Assembly (NCBI GenBank): GCA_037129695.1
Contig: JBAXUL010000001.1
Coordinates: 4,057 to 68,056, forward strand
Direction of reading: 5' to 3'
From: Prolixibacteraceae bacterium
Lineage (GTDB): Bacteria > Bacteroidota > Bacteroidia > Bacteroidales > Prolixibacteraceae
Length of the DNA: 64,000 nt
Part shown: positions 49,207-59,035 of the stretch, in pieces
Numbering within the stretch: position 1 is the first letter of the stretch
How the letters are laid out: each line of letters opens with the position of its first letter
Program-made: the position numbers and the translations under genes
Notes under the pieces: model-generated
What the model saw: only the letters and a program-made list of their open reading frames with translations
What the model was told of the DNA's origin: nothing
Database searches by the model: none

Positions 49207-50028
49207 TTAACCGAAGAATTGAACCACGAGATATACAAAGGGTGAAGCGAAGAGGATGCTGTCGAATCTGTCGAGCAATCCGCCGTGACCCGGCAGGAAC
49301 TTGCCGGAATCTTTCAGTCCCAGATTCCTTTTGATCATTGACTCAATCAGGTCGCCAAATGTGCCGGTAATTGTAACGGTAGTTGCAATAAGCAATAAAA
49401 AGTATAAATCATAGGTCGGGAACAGTCGATTCATGGCAAAAGCAAGAACCATGGACAGAAACCATCCTCCGAAAAAACCTTCCCAACTCTTTTTGGGTGA
49501 AATCCTTTCAAAAAGCCGGTGTTTGCCGAAAGTGATCCCAAATAAATAGGCGCCAGAATCGTAAGCCCAAATCAGGATAAAAAGGAAAACGAGGAGCGTT
49601 GGATTGTATTGATCACTTAGCGGAAAATCAGGAAAAACCAGAAAATTAAACAACGAGAATGAAAAAGTGACATAAAGAATTCCGAAAAGGGTCACAGCAA
49701 TATTCTCCAATGCATTTTTCTTCGCCCTGAATAATTCGAAGGCTGGCACAACAAAGAGCATGGCCAGGTAAATTCCGAGCATATTGACGGAAATAATGCC
49801 TTTGGCATAAAGAAAGGTAGAGAGGAATATCAATCCTCCAATTACCAGTCCGACTGTTTTTTGAGGGGAAACGCCGGCTGTCTTTGACAACTGGTAAAAT
49901 TCTCTGAGGATAAAAACGGAAAAAAGGCCGAAAAGAAGCGCGAAACTCCATGGACCAAACACGATTGCTCCCAACAGTACGGTCGCAAAGAGCAGTCCGG
50001 AGATGCTCCTCTTCTGAAATTCTTTCAA
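49207..50028 (-). CDS. cdsA: Phosphatidate cytidylyltransferase
   Basis: 273 aa. Signature SMIKRNLGLKDSGKFLPGHGGLLDRFDS. TTG start one nt after the preceding gene's stop. Confidence 0.92.
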   Translation of the reverse strand: MKEFQKRSISGLLFATVLLGAIVFGPWSFALLFGLFSVFILREFYQLSKTAGVSPQKTVGLVIGGLIFLSTFLYAKGIISVNMLGIYLAMLFVVPAFELFRAKKNALENIAVTLFGILYVTFSFSLFNFLVFPDFPLSDQYNPTLLVFLFILIWAYDSGAYLFGITFGKHRLFERISPKKSWEGFFGGWFLSMVLAFAMNRLFPTYDLYFLLLIATTVTITGTFGDLIESMIKRNLGLKDSGKFLPGHGGLLDRFDSILFASPFVYLVVQFFG

Positions 50029-50029
50029 A

Positions 50030-50242
50030 TTACCCTTTTTTTAGTTTAGCCAGAATTTTTAAAGCCTCTTTCTCGTCCTTCTCCTCGACGTACAACTCGA
50101 TGTCTCCGAGGGAAAGGTAAGTGGAATCCTTGTGGTTCATAATCACCGAATTGATTCCACTTTCAGCCAGTAAGTCATGAGCAATTGTTGCCGTAACTTC
50201 TTCGCCTGTAAAGTAGATTTTTTTCCAACCGTTTTCCATCAC
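50030..50242 (-). CDS. Small DUF2007-like protein (putative signal-transducing-protein fold)
   Basis: 70 aa, sandwiched between ftsH and cdsA with 9-nt and 1-nt gaps. Confidence 0.6.
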   Translation of the reverse strand: MMENGWKKIYFTGEEVTATIAHDLLAESGINSVIMNHKDSTYLSLGDIELYVEEKDEKEALKILAKLKKG

Positions 50243-50251
50243 TTTTTAATG

Positions 50252-52282
50252 TTATACAGCAGTATTGTTATCTGTTTCTGCCTGCGGGGATACCTCCTCC
50301 ACCGACGGTTTTTCAGATTCTTTTGGTTTATTCCATGGCCTTGGACCGAATACATTTTCAAGATCTTCCGTGAAAATTACCTCACGTTCGAGTAGGAGTT
50401 CAGCCAGTTTCTTATGACTTGCGGCATTGGAAACCAGAATTTTTTTAGCTCTTTCGTATTCTTTGTTGATGATGACGTTTACTTCAGAATCAATGATTTC
50501 TGCAGTCTTTTCGCTGTATGGTTTCGTGAATGAATAATCAGACTGTCCGGTGGAGTCGTAATAACTCACTTTTCCGATTTTATCGCTCATCCCGAAGTAG
50601 GAGACCATTGCAAAGGATGTTCTTGTTACTTTTTCAAGATCATTCTGGGCACCTGAAGAAACTGACGAGAAAATTAATTCTTCCGCAGCACGGCCTCCGA
50701 GAGTCGCACAGATTTCATCCAGCATCTGTTCTTTGGTGGTAATCTGCCTTTCTTCCGGCAGGTACCAGGCTGCACCAAGCGCTTTTCCGCGAGGGACAAT
50801 GGTTACTTTTACCAATGGATGCGCATGTTCCAATAACCAGCTGACGGTCGCGTGTCCGGCTTCATGGTAAGCAATGGTGGCTTTTTCATTCACCGAAATT
50901 ATTTTGTTTTTCTTCTCGAGTCCGCCGATAATACGGTCTACCGCATCGAGGAAATCTTGTTTTTCTACCACCTCTTTTAATTTTCTGGCGGCAATCAGCG
51001 CAGCTTCGTTGCAGACATTGGCAATATCAGCTCCTGAAAATCCGGGAGTTTGTTTCGCCAAAAACTCTACTATGACATCGGATCCAAGTTTCAACGGTCT
51101 CAGGTGTACTTCGAAAATCTCCTTGCGGTCGATCATATCTGGTAATTCGACATGAATCTGACGGTCGAAACGACCGGCACGCATCAGGGCACGATCGAGG
51201 ATATCGGCACGGTTGGTGGCCGCAAGTATAATGACTCCAGAGTTGGTATCGAAGCCATCCATCTCGGTAAGAAGTTGATTCAGAGTATTCTCTCGTTCAT
51301 CGTTGGATCCCATATTGGGGTTACGGCCACGGGCACGGCCGATCGCATCAATCTCATCAATGAAAACGATACAAGGTGATTTTTCCTTGGCTTGTTTAAA
51401 CAGGTCTCTAACGCGGGAAGCACCTACGCCGACAAACATTTCGACGAAATCAGATCCGGACATGGAAAAGAAAGGAACTTCAGCTTCTCCTGCTACGGCT
51501 TTGGCCAACAAGGTCTTTCCTGTTCCGGGAGGGCCAACGAGCAAGGCTCCTTTCGGGATTTTTCCTCCCAATTTTGTGTATCGTTCAGGATTTTTCAGGA
51601 ATTCAACGATCTCCTGGATCTCCTGTTTGGCTTCCGCCAAACCTGCTACTTCCTTGAAGGTGGTAGAGACCCTCGATTCTTTATCGAATACCTTGGCCTG
51701 CGATTTTCCTACGTTGAAAATATTTCCTGATCCGCCTCCGCCTTTACTCATTCTGCGAAAGATCCAGAAATAAAATAATACCAGAAGCAGCAACGGGAAT
51801 ATCCAACCGATTATCTCAGAAAAATAGTTGGTACGGTTGTCGTATTTTAAGGTCACTCTTGATGCTTCTCCTACTTCCTCCTGCTCTTTGGCCAGGTTGG
51901 ATTCGAATACATCAACAGATCCAATGTTGAAAGTGAAATGAGGTCCTGCCTTGGGTGGAACGGAAATGCCCTGTTCCATTTTGGCCTTGTATTTATCATA
52001 CGAACTCTCCTTTAGGTAAATTTCGGCTTCAGTCTTGTTGACGACGACGATCTTTTCTACATCCCCATTTTTGAGCATGGTATTTTTAACCTCCCGCCAG
52101 TTGGTCTCCACAGGTTTTCCTCCGGATCCGTAAAACTGGAAGGCGAAGAAGGCCAGTATGATAATGCCATAGATATAAATGGGATTAAACTTGAAAGCGG
52201 AGGGCTTATTGGAATTACCCACTACAGGCTTATTCGGTTTGTTGGTCCGTGGACCTTTTGTATTTTGTTTCTTTTCTGCCAT
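50252..52282 (-). CDS. ftsH: ATP-dependent zinc metalloprotease FtsH
   Basis: 676 aa. Two TM helices, AAA+ Walker A GPPGTGKT, Walker B IVFIDEID, and zinc site HEAGHA. Confidence 0.97.
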   Translation of the reverse strand: MAEKKQNTKGPRTNKPNKPVVGNSNKPSAFKFNPIYIYGIIILAFFAFQFYGSGGKPVETNWREVKNTMLKNGDVEKIVVVNKTEAEIYLKESSYDKYKAKMEQGISVPPKAGPHFTFNIGSVDVFESNLAKEQEEVGEASRVTLKYDNRTNYFSEIIGWIFPLLLLVLFYFWIFRRMSKGGGGSGNIFNVGKSQAKVFDKESRVSTTFKEVAGLAEAKQEIQEIVEFLKNPERYTKLGGKIPKGALLVGPPGTGKTLLAKAVAGEAEVPFFSMSGSDFVEMFVGVGASRVRDLFKQAKEKSPCIVFIDEIDAIGRARGRNPNMGSNDERENTLNQLLTEMDGFDTNSGVIILAATNRADILDRALMRAGRFDRQIHVELPDMIDRKEIFEVHLRPLKLGSDVIVEFLAKQTPGFSGADIANVCNEAALIAARKLKEVVEKQDFLDAVDRIIGGLEKKNKIISVNEKATIAYHEAGHATVSWLLEHAHPLVKVTIVPRGKALGAAWYLPEERQITTKEQMLDEICATLGGRAAEELIFSSVSSGAQNDLEKVTRTSFAMVSYFGMSDKIGKVSYYDSTGQSDYSFTKPYSEKTAEIIDSEVNVIINKEYERAKKILVSNAASHKKLAELLLEREVIFTEDLENVFGPRPWNKPKESEKPSVEEVSPQAETDNNTAV

Positions 52283-52288
52283 AATAAT

Positions 52289-52666
52289 TTAAATGTCAGC
52301 CTCAATGTTATAAATAGTTCCATCTCCCCAGAGCGATTCCAGATCATAAAACCTTCTGAAAGGTTCCTGAAAAATATGAACCATTACATTCACATAATCA
52401 AGAAGTATCCACTGTGCATTTTGAAATCCATCCTGACGCCAGACATATTCTTTAGCCAGTTCCGTTACACTTTCTTCCACGGAGCGTGCGATTGCGTCGA
52501 CATGTGTGTTGGAACTCCCGTGACAGATAATAAAGTTGTCGCATTCGGCTTCTCCCTCTTTGGAAAGATCGATGTTGACAATCTCCAGTCCTTTTTTTCG
52601 CCGGATACCCTCTACGATGGCATCTACCAAATTGAACTGAACATTTTTACTGTCTTTTTGAGTCAT
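52289..52666 (-). CDS. rsfS: Ribosome silencing factor RsfS
   Basis: 125 aa. DNFIICHGSSNTHV and WILLDYVNVMVHIF motifs, 6 nt upstream of ftsH. Confidence 0.9.
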   Translation of the reverse strand: MTQKDSKNVQFNLVDAIVEGIRRKKGLEIVNIDLSKEGEAECDNFIICHGSSNTHVDAIARSVEESVTELAKEYVWRQDGFQNAQWILLDYVNVMVHIFQEPFRRFYDLESLWGDGTIYNIEADI

Positions 52667-52778
52667 GATTGGATTTAAAATACAAAGATAGTTGTTTTAA
52701 GTGATTCCGAAAAAACTCTTTAGGTGCCTGATCAACCGAATATCACTTAACTTTACCGACTGATAATCTCGAAAAGTC

Positions 52779-53516
52779 ATGATAGGATCAACCATCGTAC
52801 ACCTGGATATTGTAGATTCGACCAATAACTATGCCGCAAAGGAATTGCTGACAAAAAGTCTGAATGACGGAACCGTATTCATCGCTGCTTGTCAGAATTC
52901 AGGAAAAGGACAGGGTGGTTCATCCTGGGAAAGCGCAGCAGATCGGAATCTGACTTTCAGCATTGTGCTTTATCCTCCGAATTTGGATGTCGCCCGGCAA
53001 TTTTCCATCTCCAAAGCGATCGCACTGGGCATCACGGATTTTCTGGCCGTTTATATTGGAAATCTATCGATCAAATGGCCAAACGACATTTATGCCGGTG
53101 ATCAAAAGATAGCCGGCATATTGATTGAGACAGCAGTTACCACCGGAAAATTATCCAGGGCCATCGTTGGGATCGGATTAAATGTCAACCAGGAAAGGTT
53201 TGTCTCAGATGCCCCCAATCCGATATCTTTGAGAAATCTGACAGGAAATAATTATGATCTCAGCGCGTTACTTGGCGAATTGTGCAGTAAACTTGATTTG
53301 CGGTACCTGCAACTGTTTGAAGGTAAGTCTGAACTGGTTGGCAATGACTATGAGTCACAGCTTTTCAGGCGGGGGCAATGGGCGAAATACTTCGCCGACG
53401 GAATTTATTTTGAAGGAATGATTACCGGAACGGATGCAGACGGCAGACTGCTGATCCTGAACCGTGAAGGTTTAATCAGAAGTTTTCAATTCAAGGAGGT
53501 TCAATTTTCACCCTAG
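52779..53516 (+). CDS. birA: Biotin--[acetyl-CoA-carboxylase] ligase (group I, no HTH domain)
   Basis: 245 aa. GKGQGGSSWES (GRGRxGRxW-type) and KWPNDIY motifs. Confidence 0.88.
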   Translation: MIGSTIVHLDIVDSTNNYAAKELLTKSLNDGTVFIAACQNSGKGQGGSSWESAADRNLTFSIVLYPPNLDVARQFSISKAIALGITDFLAVYIGNLSIKWPNDIYAGDQKIAGILIETAVTTGKLSRAIVGIGLNVNQERFVSDAPNPISLRNLTGNNYDLSALLGELCSKLDLRYLQLFEGKSELVGNDYESQLFRRGQWAKYFADGIYFEGMITGTDADGRLLILNREGLIRSFQFKEVQFSP

Positions 53517-53526
53517 GCGAGTCCAG

Positions 53527-54618
53527 TTATTTCACTGCTGTCTTCTCATCAAGCTCTTTTTGATCCATCCAGAATATAAAGAGTTTGTAACCAACTGAGA
53601 AGACGATAGCTCCTGTGAAGAGGCCAACGAATCCGGAATAAATAAATCCTCCGATGGCACCGATAAAGATAACCGGCATTGGGACGAGTGCACCTTTCCC
53701 CAATAAAATAGGCTTTAGGATATTGTCCAGCGGTGAAATAATGATGCACCAGATCAAAAAGAGTACTGCAGTTGTGGTGCTATAGGTAGCAAAAACATAA
53801 ATCACCACTGGGATAACTACCAGGAAAACACCAACTTGAACGATTCCCAGAATAAGCGACAGCATGAACAGCAGTCCTGCAGCAGGAACACCAACTATTA
53901 CCATTCCTATCCCCAAAAGAAGTGACTGGATAAATGCAACCCCCAGTATCCCCTTCACAACAGTTCGGATCGTTTTTTCTGCCATATATGCGTATTCCGT
54001 GCCATGATCGCCAATAAGTTTGGTGGAAAGTCCCAAAGCCATTTTAGAAAATGTTTCTGAACTGACCAACAAAAAGCCTGCGATGAGGATCGATATAAAC
54101 AATTTCACGAAACCAATTCCTGCTGAAGCGATGGAAGAGATAACTGTTAGAGAGACATCCTTGAGTTGGGGAGCATATGCCTGAAGTCCTTCCCCCGTAT
54201 TGGTCGATAAGGCATTCCACTTTTCATAAATAAGAGGCCCAATCAATGGCAAGGAGGCAATTTGTTCTGAAGCATTGGGTATCAGGCTGCCATTGGATTC
54301 ATACTGAGCCTTGATAAAGGTGATTCCGTCATACAACGAGCTGGCGAAGAGGACAACAGGAAGGATGAACAACAACATCATTGCGCCAACGATGAAGACG
54401 GCAGATAAAATTTTCCTTCCGCCAAGTTTTCCTGCCAGCCAGTCATAACCAGGATAAAGTGCAACAGCAAAGATGATTGACCAAATGAAGAAATCCATAA
54501 ATGGTTTAATGATACCATAGCACCAGTATAGCAAAAGAAATAGGAGTGCAAGCCGCAAGGTTATTTCCACAGCACTGCGAATCTGGCTTGTTTCGTTGAT
54601 GGAAGTTTTTTGTGACAT
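53527..54618 (-). CDS. AI-2E family (PerM/YhhT-like) transporter
   Basis: 363 aa with about 8 TM helices and family-typical organisation. Confidence 0.82.
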   Translation of the reverse strand: MSQKTSINETSQIRSAVEITLRLALLFLLLYWCYGIIKPFMDFFIWSIIFAVALYPGYDWLAGKLGGRKILSAVFIVGAMMLLFILPVVLFASSLYDGITFIKAQYESNGSLIPNASEQIASLPLIGPLIYEKWNALSTNTGEGLQAYAPQLKDVSLTVISSIASAGIGFVKLFISILIAGFLLVSSETFSKMALGLSTKLIGDHGTEYAYMAEKTIRTVVKGILGVAFIQSLLLGIGMVIVGVPAAGLLFMLSLILGIVQVGVFLVVIPVVIYVFATYSTTTAVLFLIWCIIISPLDNILKPILLGKGALVPMPVIFIGAIGGFIYSGFVGLFTGAIVFSVGYKLFIFWMDQKELDEKTAVK

Positions 54619-54769
54619 GGCTTTGTATGTTTACAGGTGACTAAAAAAAGGTCAAGCTCAGCGATTGTTCCGATGTTTGAAGCACAGCGGCCAATCAAAA
54701 TTAATTAATTTTCTGAAAATCAGAGACAACTGAATGCGTTTATTCAAGACAGGATTGTAATGCAAGTAC

Positions 54770-55234
54770 TCAGCTTTGCGAGTAATCGACGGATACCAGA
54801 AGATCAGCAAGCTTTTCAATTCCACTTTCAAGATAACCGTTGACCATCATTTTGATCATCGGACTCAAATCGGCATGAAGTGTAAGTCTGATTTTGCAAC
54901 TGATTTCACAATCTGCCACAAGTTGCACCCAAAATGTAACTGGAAAAGGTACCGATTTTTCGCCCTCAAATTTAATGGTTCTGAAAGGTTCGCGTTCCAC
55001 TATTTCAATCCCGACATTTCCGAGTGGATTGATTTTGAAACTGCAGCGATCTTCGGATGCAGTAAAATTTTCCAGGTTAAAACCTGAGATGTTCACTCCT
55101 TTCTGGGTAAGCTCCTCCATTTTTTCTTTGGAAATAAGTTGTTCCAGGTTTTTCAGATTGGAGAGTTTGGTATAAACCAGTTCCTGTGAATAGGGTATAA
55201 CCCGGGGTTCACAGACATATTTTTCTATTCCCAT
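54770..55234 (-). CDS. SRPBCC-fold-like protein of unknown function
   Basis: 154 aa. Size and beta/alpha pattern are compatible with a START/SRPBCC fold. No motif-level proof. Confidence 0.45.
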   Translation of the reverse strand: MGIEKYVCEPRVIPYSQELVYTKLSNLKNLEQLISKEKMEELTQKGVNISGFNLENFTASEDRCSFKINPLGNVGIEIVEREPFRTIKFEGEKSVPFPVTFWVQLVADCEISCKIRLTLHADLSPMIKMMVNGYLESGIEKLADLLVSVDYSQS

Positions 55235-55383
55235 ATCGAAGCTTGGTTGGTTGATTGAGTGGCGATTAGATGTTTTTTACAGGTGGTGATGAGTCCGTTA
55301 AAGGTCAGGCAAAAAGAATTGGCTGAACACTCGATGAATGTTATCATTGCATTATAAATACAGAAAGTTCAACGCTGAATTAC

Positions 55384-56016
55384 TTATTTCCCCCAGGTTT
55401 CAGGAGTTTTTCTCCAGTTATTCAGACTTTCCAGTTGTTCCAGGTTGATCTCGCCTGAATCGAATGCGACTTTTAACAAAACATTGTAATTGCTGAGGGT
55501 GGTAAGCTCAATTTTGGCATCTTCGAAATTCTTGGCGGCATGTGGGAAATTGTAGGTGAAAATGGCAAGCATACCCAATACTTCCGCACCATAATTGCGA
55601 ACAGCCTCTGCAGCGTTGAGCGAACTGTAACCAGTCGAAACCAGATCCTCAATCACGACAGTTTTGGTACCCTGGGGAATATCACCTTCGATCAGGTTCT
55701 CCAATCCGTGGCCTTTGGGAGCCGAACGAATGTAAATAAACGGAAGTCCCAGTTTTTCTGCCACCAACACACCATGGGCAATGGCTCCTGTTGCAACTCC
55801 GGCAATGGCTTCTGCTTCTGGATATTTCTCTTTCACCAGTCGGGTGAATTCATCGCAGATGAAGGTGCGGGTTGCAGGATAAGAGAGAATCTTGCGGTTG
55901 TCGCAATAGATGGGTGCTTTCCATCCGGATGCCCAGGTAAAAGGAGAGTCGGGCTGTATTTTTATCGTATTGATAGCCAGCAACTGTTTGGCAACTTCAA
56001 TTTGTCTTTGTTCCAT
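55384..56016 (-). CDS. pyrE: Orotate phosphoribosyltransferase
   Basis: PRPP-binding loop VVIEDLVSTGYSS. ATG at 56016 chosen; the track ORF opens at a TTG at 56034. Confidence 0.93.
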   Translation of the reverse strand: MEQRQIEVAKQLLAINTIKIQPDSPFTWASGWKAPIYCDNRKILSYPATRTFICDEFTRLVKEKYPEAEAIAGVATGAIAHGVLVAEKLGLPFIYIRSAPKGHGLENLIEGDIPQGTKTVVIEDLVSTGYSSLNAAEAVRNYGAEVLGMLAIFTYNFPHAAKNFEDAKIELTTLSNYNVLLKVAFDSGEINLEQLESLNNWRKTPETWGK

Positions 56017-56135
56017 CTGTTGTTTTTTTGACAAAGTTAAGCTTTTTTACTATTTTTATTCGGCCGGTAATTGTTGTTTTATAACGTCACCGGAGAATAA
56101 CTCAATCAACTGACGATTCATTTTCCAGCTCCAAA

Positions 56136-59024
56136 ATGTTTGCAATGAGAAATTATACGATCAGACTGTGTCAGATGGCCGTTTTAATATTTTTAAATTT
56201 TGGAGTTACTGCTCAGAATCATATCCAATTGATTGCTGGTAAATTGTCAAAGACCGAAATTTCCGGATTGGTTGATGGTTCAGGGATTCCTATATTGCTG
56301 AAACATCCAATGCCTTTGATTTCCTATGAGATTTGTCCGAAAAATGATCTCCAGCATAAGGAAATCTTTACAACTCACGATGGGCCTGGGAGCAACGCTA
56401 CTAATTCAAAAATGGAAGTTTCTGTCGAGGAGACAGAAGGATTTAGTCCAGGATACAAGGCCTTAATTACGTTCAAAAACTCTTCAAGCGACACCTTGTG
56501 GCTGACCAATGTGGTCCCTTTCGGATTTTCGGCGGACAAGATATGCGTCACCGGGAAAGGAGATCATCCATTGTCGAGGAGTTATCTCTTTCGACCGGGG
56601 TTTGATCCCGTCAACTGTATTTTGCCGGACAATGCCTGGGAACTCGGATTCACGGATTTTCAGGTGAATGATGGGGTAAAGATTGCAGCGCTCACCCGCA
56701 GGTTAAGGGATCATATGGAGAAATCTGTGCGTCATCGTTTTGAAACTGAGATGGCGCCGGGTGGAGTCGTTCAGTATGTTTTCTATGCGGATGTTCACAA
56801 GGGTAACTGGCAGGATGGTCTCAGGATGATTTTTCAGGACAGGCTGTTGTATGATGTTGATCCGGGTCAATTTGACAATTCACTGTTTGAAAGAAAAGAT
56901 CTGAAGTGGGTCAGGCAGGCCTATGTGGCTCATCTGATGATGGCCTGGAACGGATTTTTCTATGATGTTCAGGATCAAAATTTCCATCTTGAAGATTTTG
57001 TCAGGAAAGGAAAAGCGAGCTACGGCGGTGACGATTTTATTGGCATCTGGCCCACATGGCCGACTCTCGGAGTAGATCAGCGCAACCAGTGGGACCTGTT
57101 TCGTGATCTCCCCGGCGGAACGGAGCAACTTAAGAAGGAGTCAGAAATGCTGAATAAGTTGGGAAGCCGCTTGTTTATCTGTTACAATCCATGGGATGAA
57201 AATACACGAAATGAGAGTCATACCGGAGGTATGGCCCGGCTTGTGGCAGCTACCAGCGCGAGTGGGGTTGTTCTGGATACCAGGGGAGCATCCAGTAAAG
57301 CACTTCAACAGGCTGCTGATTCCGTGCGACAGGGTGTGATTATGTACAGTGAGGGCATGGCAATTCCCAAGGACATGCAGGGTATCGTTGCCGGAAGGGT
57401 TCATAATGCACTCTATTATTGTCCGATGCTGAACCTGAACAAGATCATTAAACCCGAATTTGCTATTTTTCGGGTAGCAGAAATCTACAAGGAACCGATC
57501 AAACGGGAATTTTGTCTCTCCTTTTTCAACGGATATGGCACCGAACTGAATATTTTTGCCCCCGGTATCCCCGAATGGGCGGATGAACAATATCGTTACC
57601 TGGGAAGGATTGCCCGAATTCAACGGGAAAATTCCACAAATTTTACGGCAAAGGAGGTCACTCCCTTGTTGGAAACCGCCCGGGATAAAATATGGGTCAA
57701 CAAATGGTATACAGATGAAAAAACGGTATTTACCATTTATAGCCTGATCCCGGAAGGGTTCAAAGATCTCCTTTTTGAGGTGACACCCAAACCCGGAACC
57801 CATTTTATTGATCTATGGAAGCACGAAGAAAGAATACCGGTATCCAAGGGCATGAACTGGCAGATGGAAGCAGAAACCGATGCTTTCAACCAAAGCTGGC
57901 TCGGATCGAACAATGAAGGTGAAGTGGATTGCGTGGCTCAGCTGCCTGAGCTGATCACTGCAACATTATCAGGAGATGAACTTTCGTTGTCGTTTAAAAG
58001 CGGAGATTCGATCAGGATATGGGCCGGTGTACCTGATTACGCAAAAAAACCACTTACTCTTCGGGCAAAGGATCAGACCGTTCGTTTATCGGATCATTTT
58101 GGTCGTTACGAGGGGAAATTTGTGATTCAGTTGTTTCTGCAGCAACAGCTTATGGATGAAAGAATTGTCCGTTTGGTACCCGGAACGCCAAGGCTCATTA
58201 GCAGGGTCGTGAAGACTGAACCTGTCCTGAAAAATCCACCTGGGATGGTTAAAATTCCTGCCGGGAAGTTCATCTTTCATACGACCAACGGAGATGAGTT
58301 TATACCTTATCCCAAAGAGAACGAGGGAAAAACATTCGAAATGCCGGCCTGTTTCATGGACAGGTTTCCGGTAACGAACCTCCGGTTTAAGGAATTTCTG
58401 ACCGCTTCGGGGTACCAACCAGCGGACAGTGTCAATTTCCTGAGAAATTGGAAAAATGGGACTTTCCCGGTAGGGGAGGAGCAATTTCCTGTTGTCCATA
58501 TTTCTTATGAAGATGCACAGGAATATGCCAAATGGGCAGGCAAAAGACTGCCAACAGAACTGGAGTGGCAGTATGCCGCACAAACAGCTGCCTGCAATGA
58601 GTGGCCATGGAAACAGAAGCAACAGATCAAACGGTCGGAAGAATCAGTGACCGGTACTTTGACCGTGTTTAAGATTACAGGCCTTGATCCGGATCGATGC
58701 AATGCCGGAGATGGCAAACGCTATGCGGCAGGGAGCTTCCCAAAGGGTGCAAATCCCTATGGTTTGCAGGATCTCGTCGGGTGTGTCTGGCAATTGACCA
58801 ATGACCTCTATACCAATGGAAGCTATCGTTACATCATGATGAAGGGTGGCAGTTTTTTCAATCCGTCCTCCAGCTGGTGGTATGTACAGGGAGGTCCAAG
58901 GGAATTGCATTACAGGCAATTTCTGCTGCGGGTCTCGGAAGGATTCGAACGCAATGCAACAGTAGGATTCAGATGTGTGAAAGACGCTGAATTATCCTAT
59001 TCTGACGGAAGAAATAAATATTAA
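56136..59024 (+). CDS. Secreted multidomain protein: unknown N-terminal region of about 690 aa plus a C-terminal FGE/SUMF1-fold (sulfatase-modifying-factor-like) domain
   Basis: 962 aa. Signal peptide, then a C-terminal MVKIPAGKF...FMDRFPVTNLRFKEF...HISYEDAQEYAKWAGKRLPTELEWQYAA...NPYGLQDLVGCVWQLT...VGFRCVKD. Confidence 0.8.
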   Translation: MFAMRNYTIRLCQMAVLIFLNFGVTAQNHIQLIAGKLSKTEISGLVDGSGIPILLKHPMPLISYEICPKNDLQHKEIFTTHDGPGSNATNSKMEVSVEETEGFSPGYKALITFKNSSSDTLWLTNVVPFGFSADKICVTGKGDHPLSRSYLFRPGFDPVNCILPDNAWELGFTDFQVNDGVKIAALTRRLRDHMEKSVRHRFETEMAPGGVVQYVFYADVHKGNWQDGLRMIFQDRLLYDVDPGQFDNSLFERKDLKWVRQAYVAHLMMAWNGFFYDVQDQNFHLEDFVRKGKASYGGDDFIGIWPTWPTLGVDQRNQWDLFRDLPGGTEQLKKESEMLNKLGSRLFICYNPWDENTRNESHTGGMARLVAATSASGVVLDTRGASSKALQQAADSVRQGVIMYSEGMAIPKDMQGIVAGRVHNALYYCPMLNLNKIIKPEFAIFRVAEIYKEPIKREFCLSFFNGYGTELNIFAPGIPEWADEQYRYLGRIARIQRENSTNFTAKEVTPLLETARDKIWVNKWYTDEKTVFTIYSLIPEGFKDLLFEVTPKPGTHFIDLWKHEERIPVSKGMNWQMEAETDAFNQSWLGSNNEGEVDCVAQLPELITATLSGDELSLSFKSGDSIRIWAGVPDYAKKPLTLRAKDQTVRLSDHFGRYEGKFVIQLFLQQQLMDERIVRLVPGTPRLISRVVKTEPVLKNPPGMVKIPAGKFIFHTTNGDEFIPYPKENEGKTFEMPACFMDRFPVTNLRFKEFLTASGYQPADSVNFLRNWKNGTFPVGEEQFPVVHISYEDAQEYAKWAGKRLPTELEWQYAAQTAACNEWPWKQKQQIKRSEESVTGTLTVFKITGLDPDRCNAGDGKRYAAGSFPKGANPYGLQDLVGCVWQLTNDLYTNGSYRYIMMKGGSFFNPSSSWWYVQGGPRELHYRQFLLRVSEGFERNATVGFRCVKDAELSYSDGRNKY

Positions 59025-59035
59025 AAATAGATTAA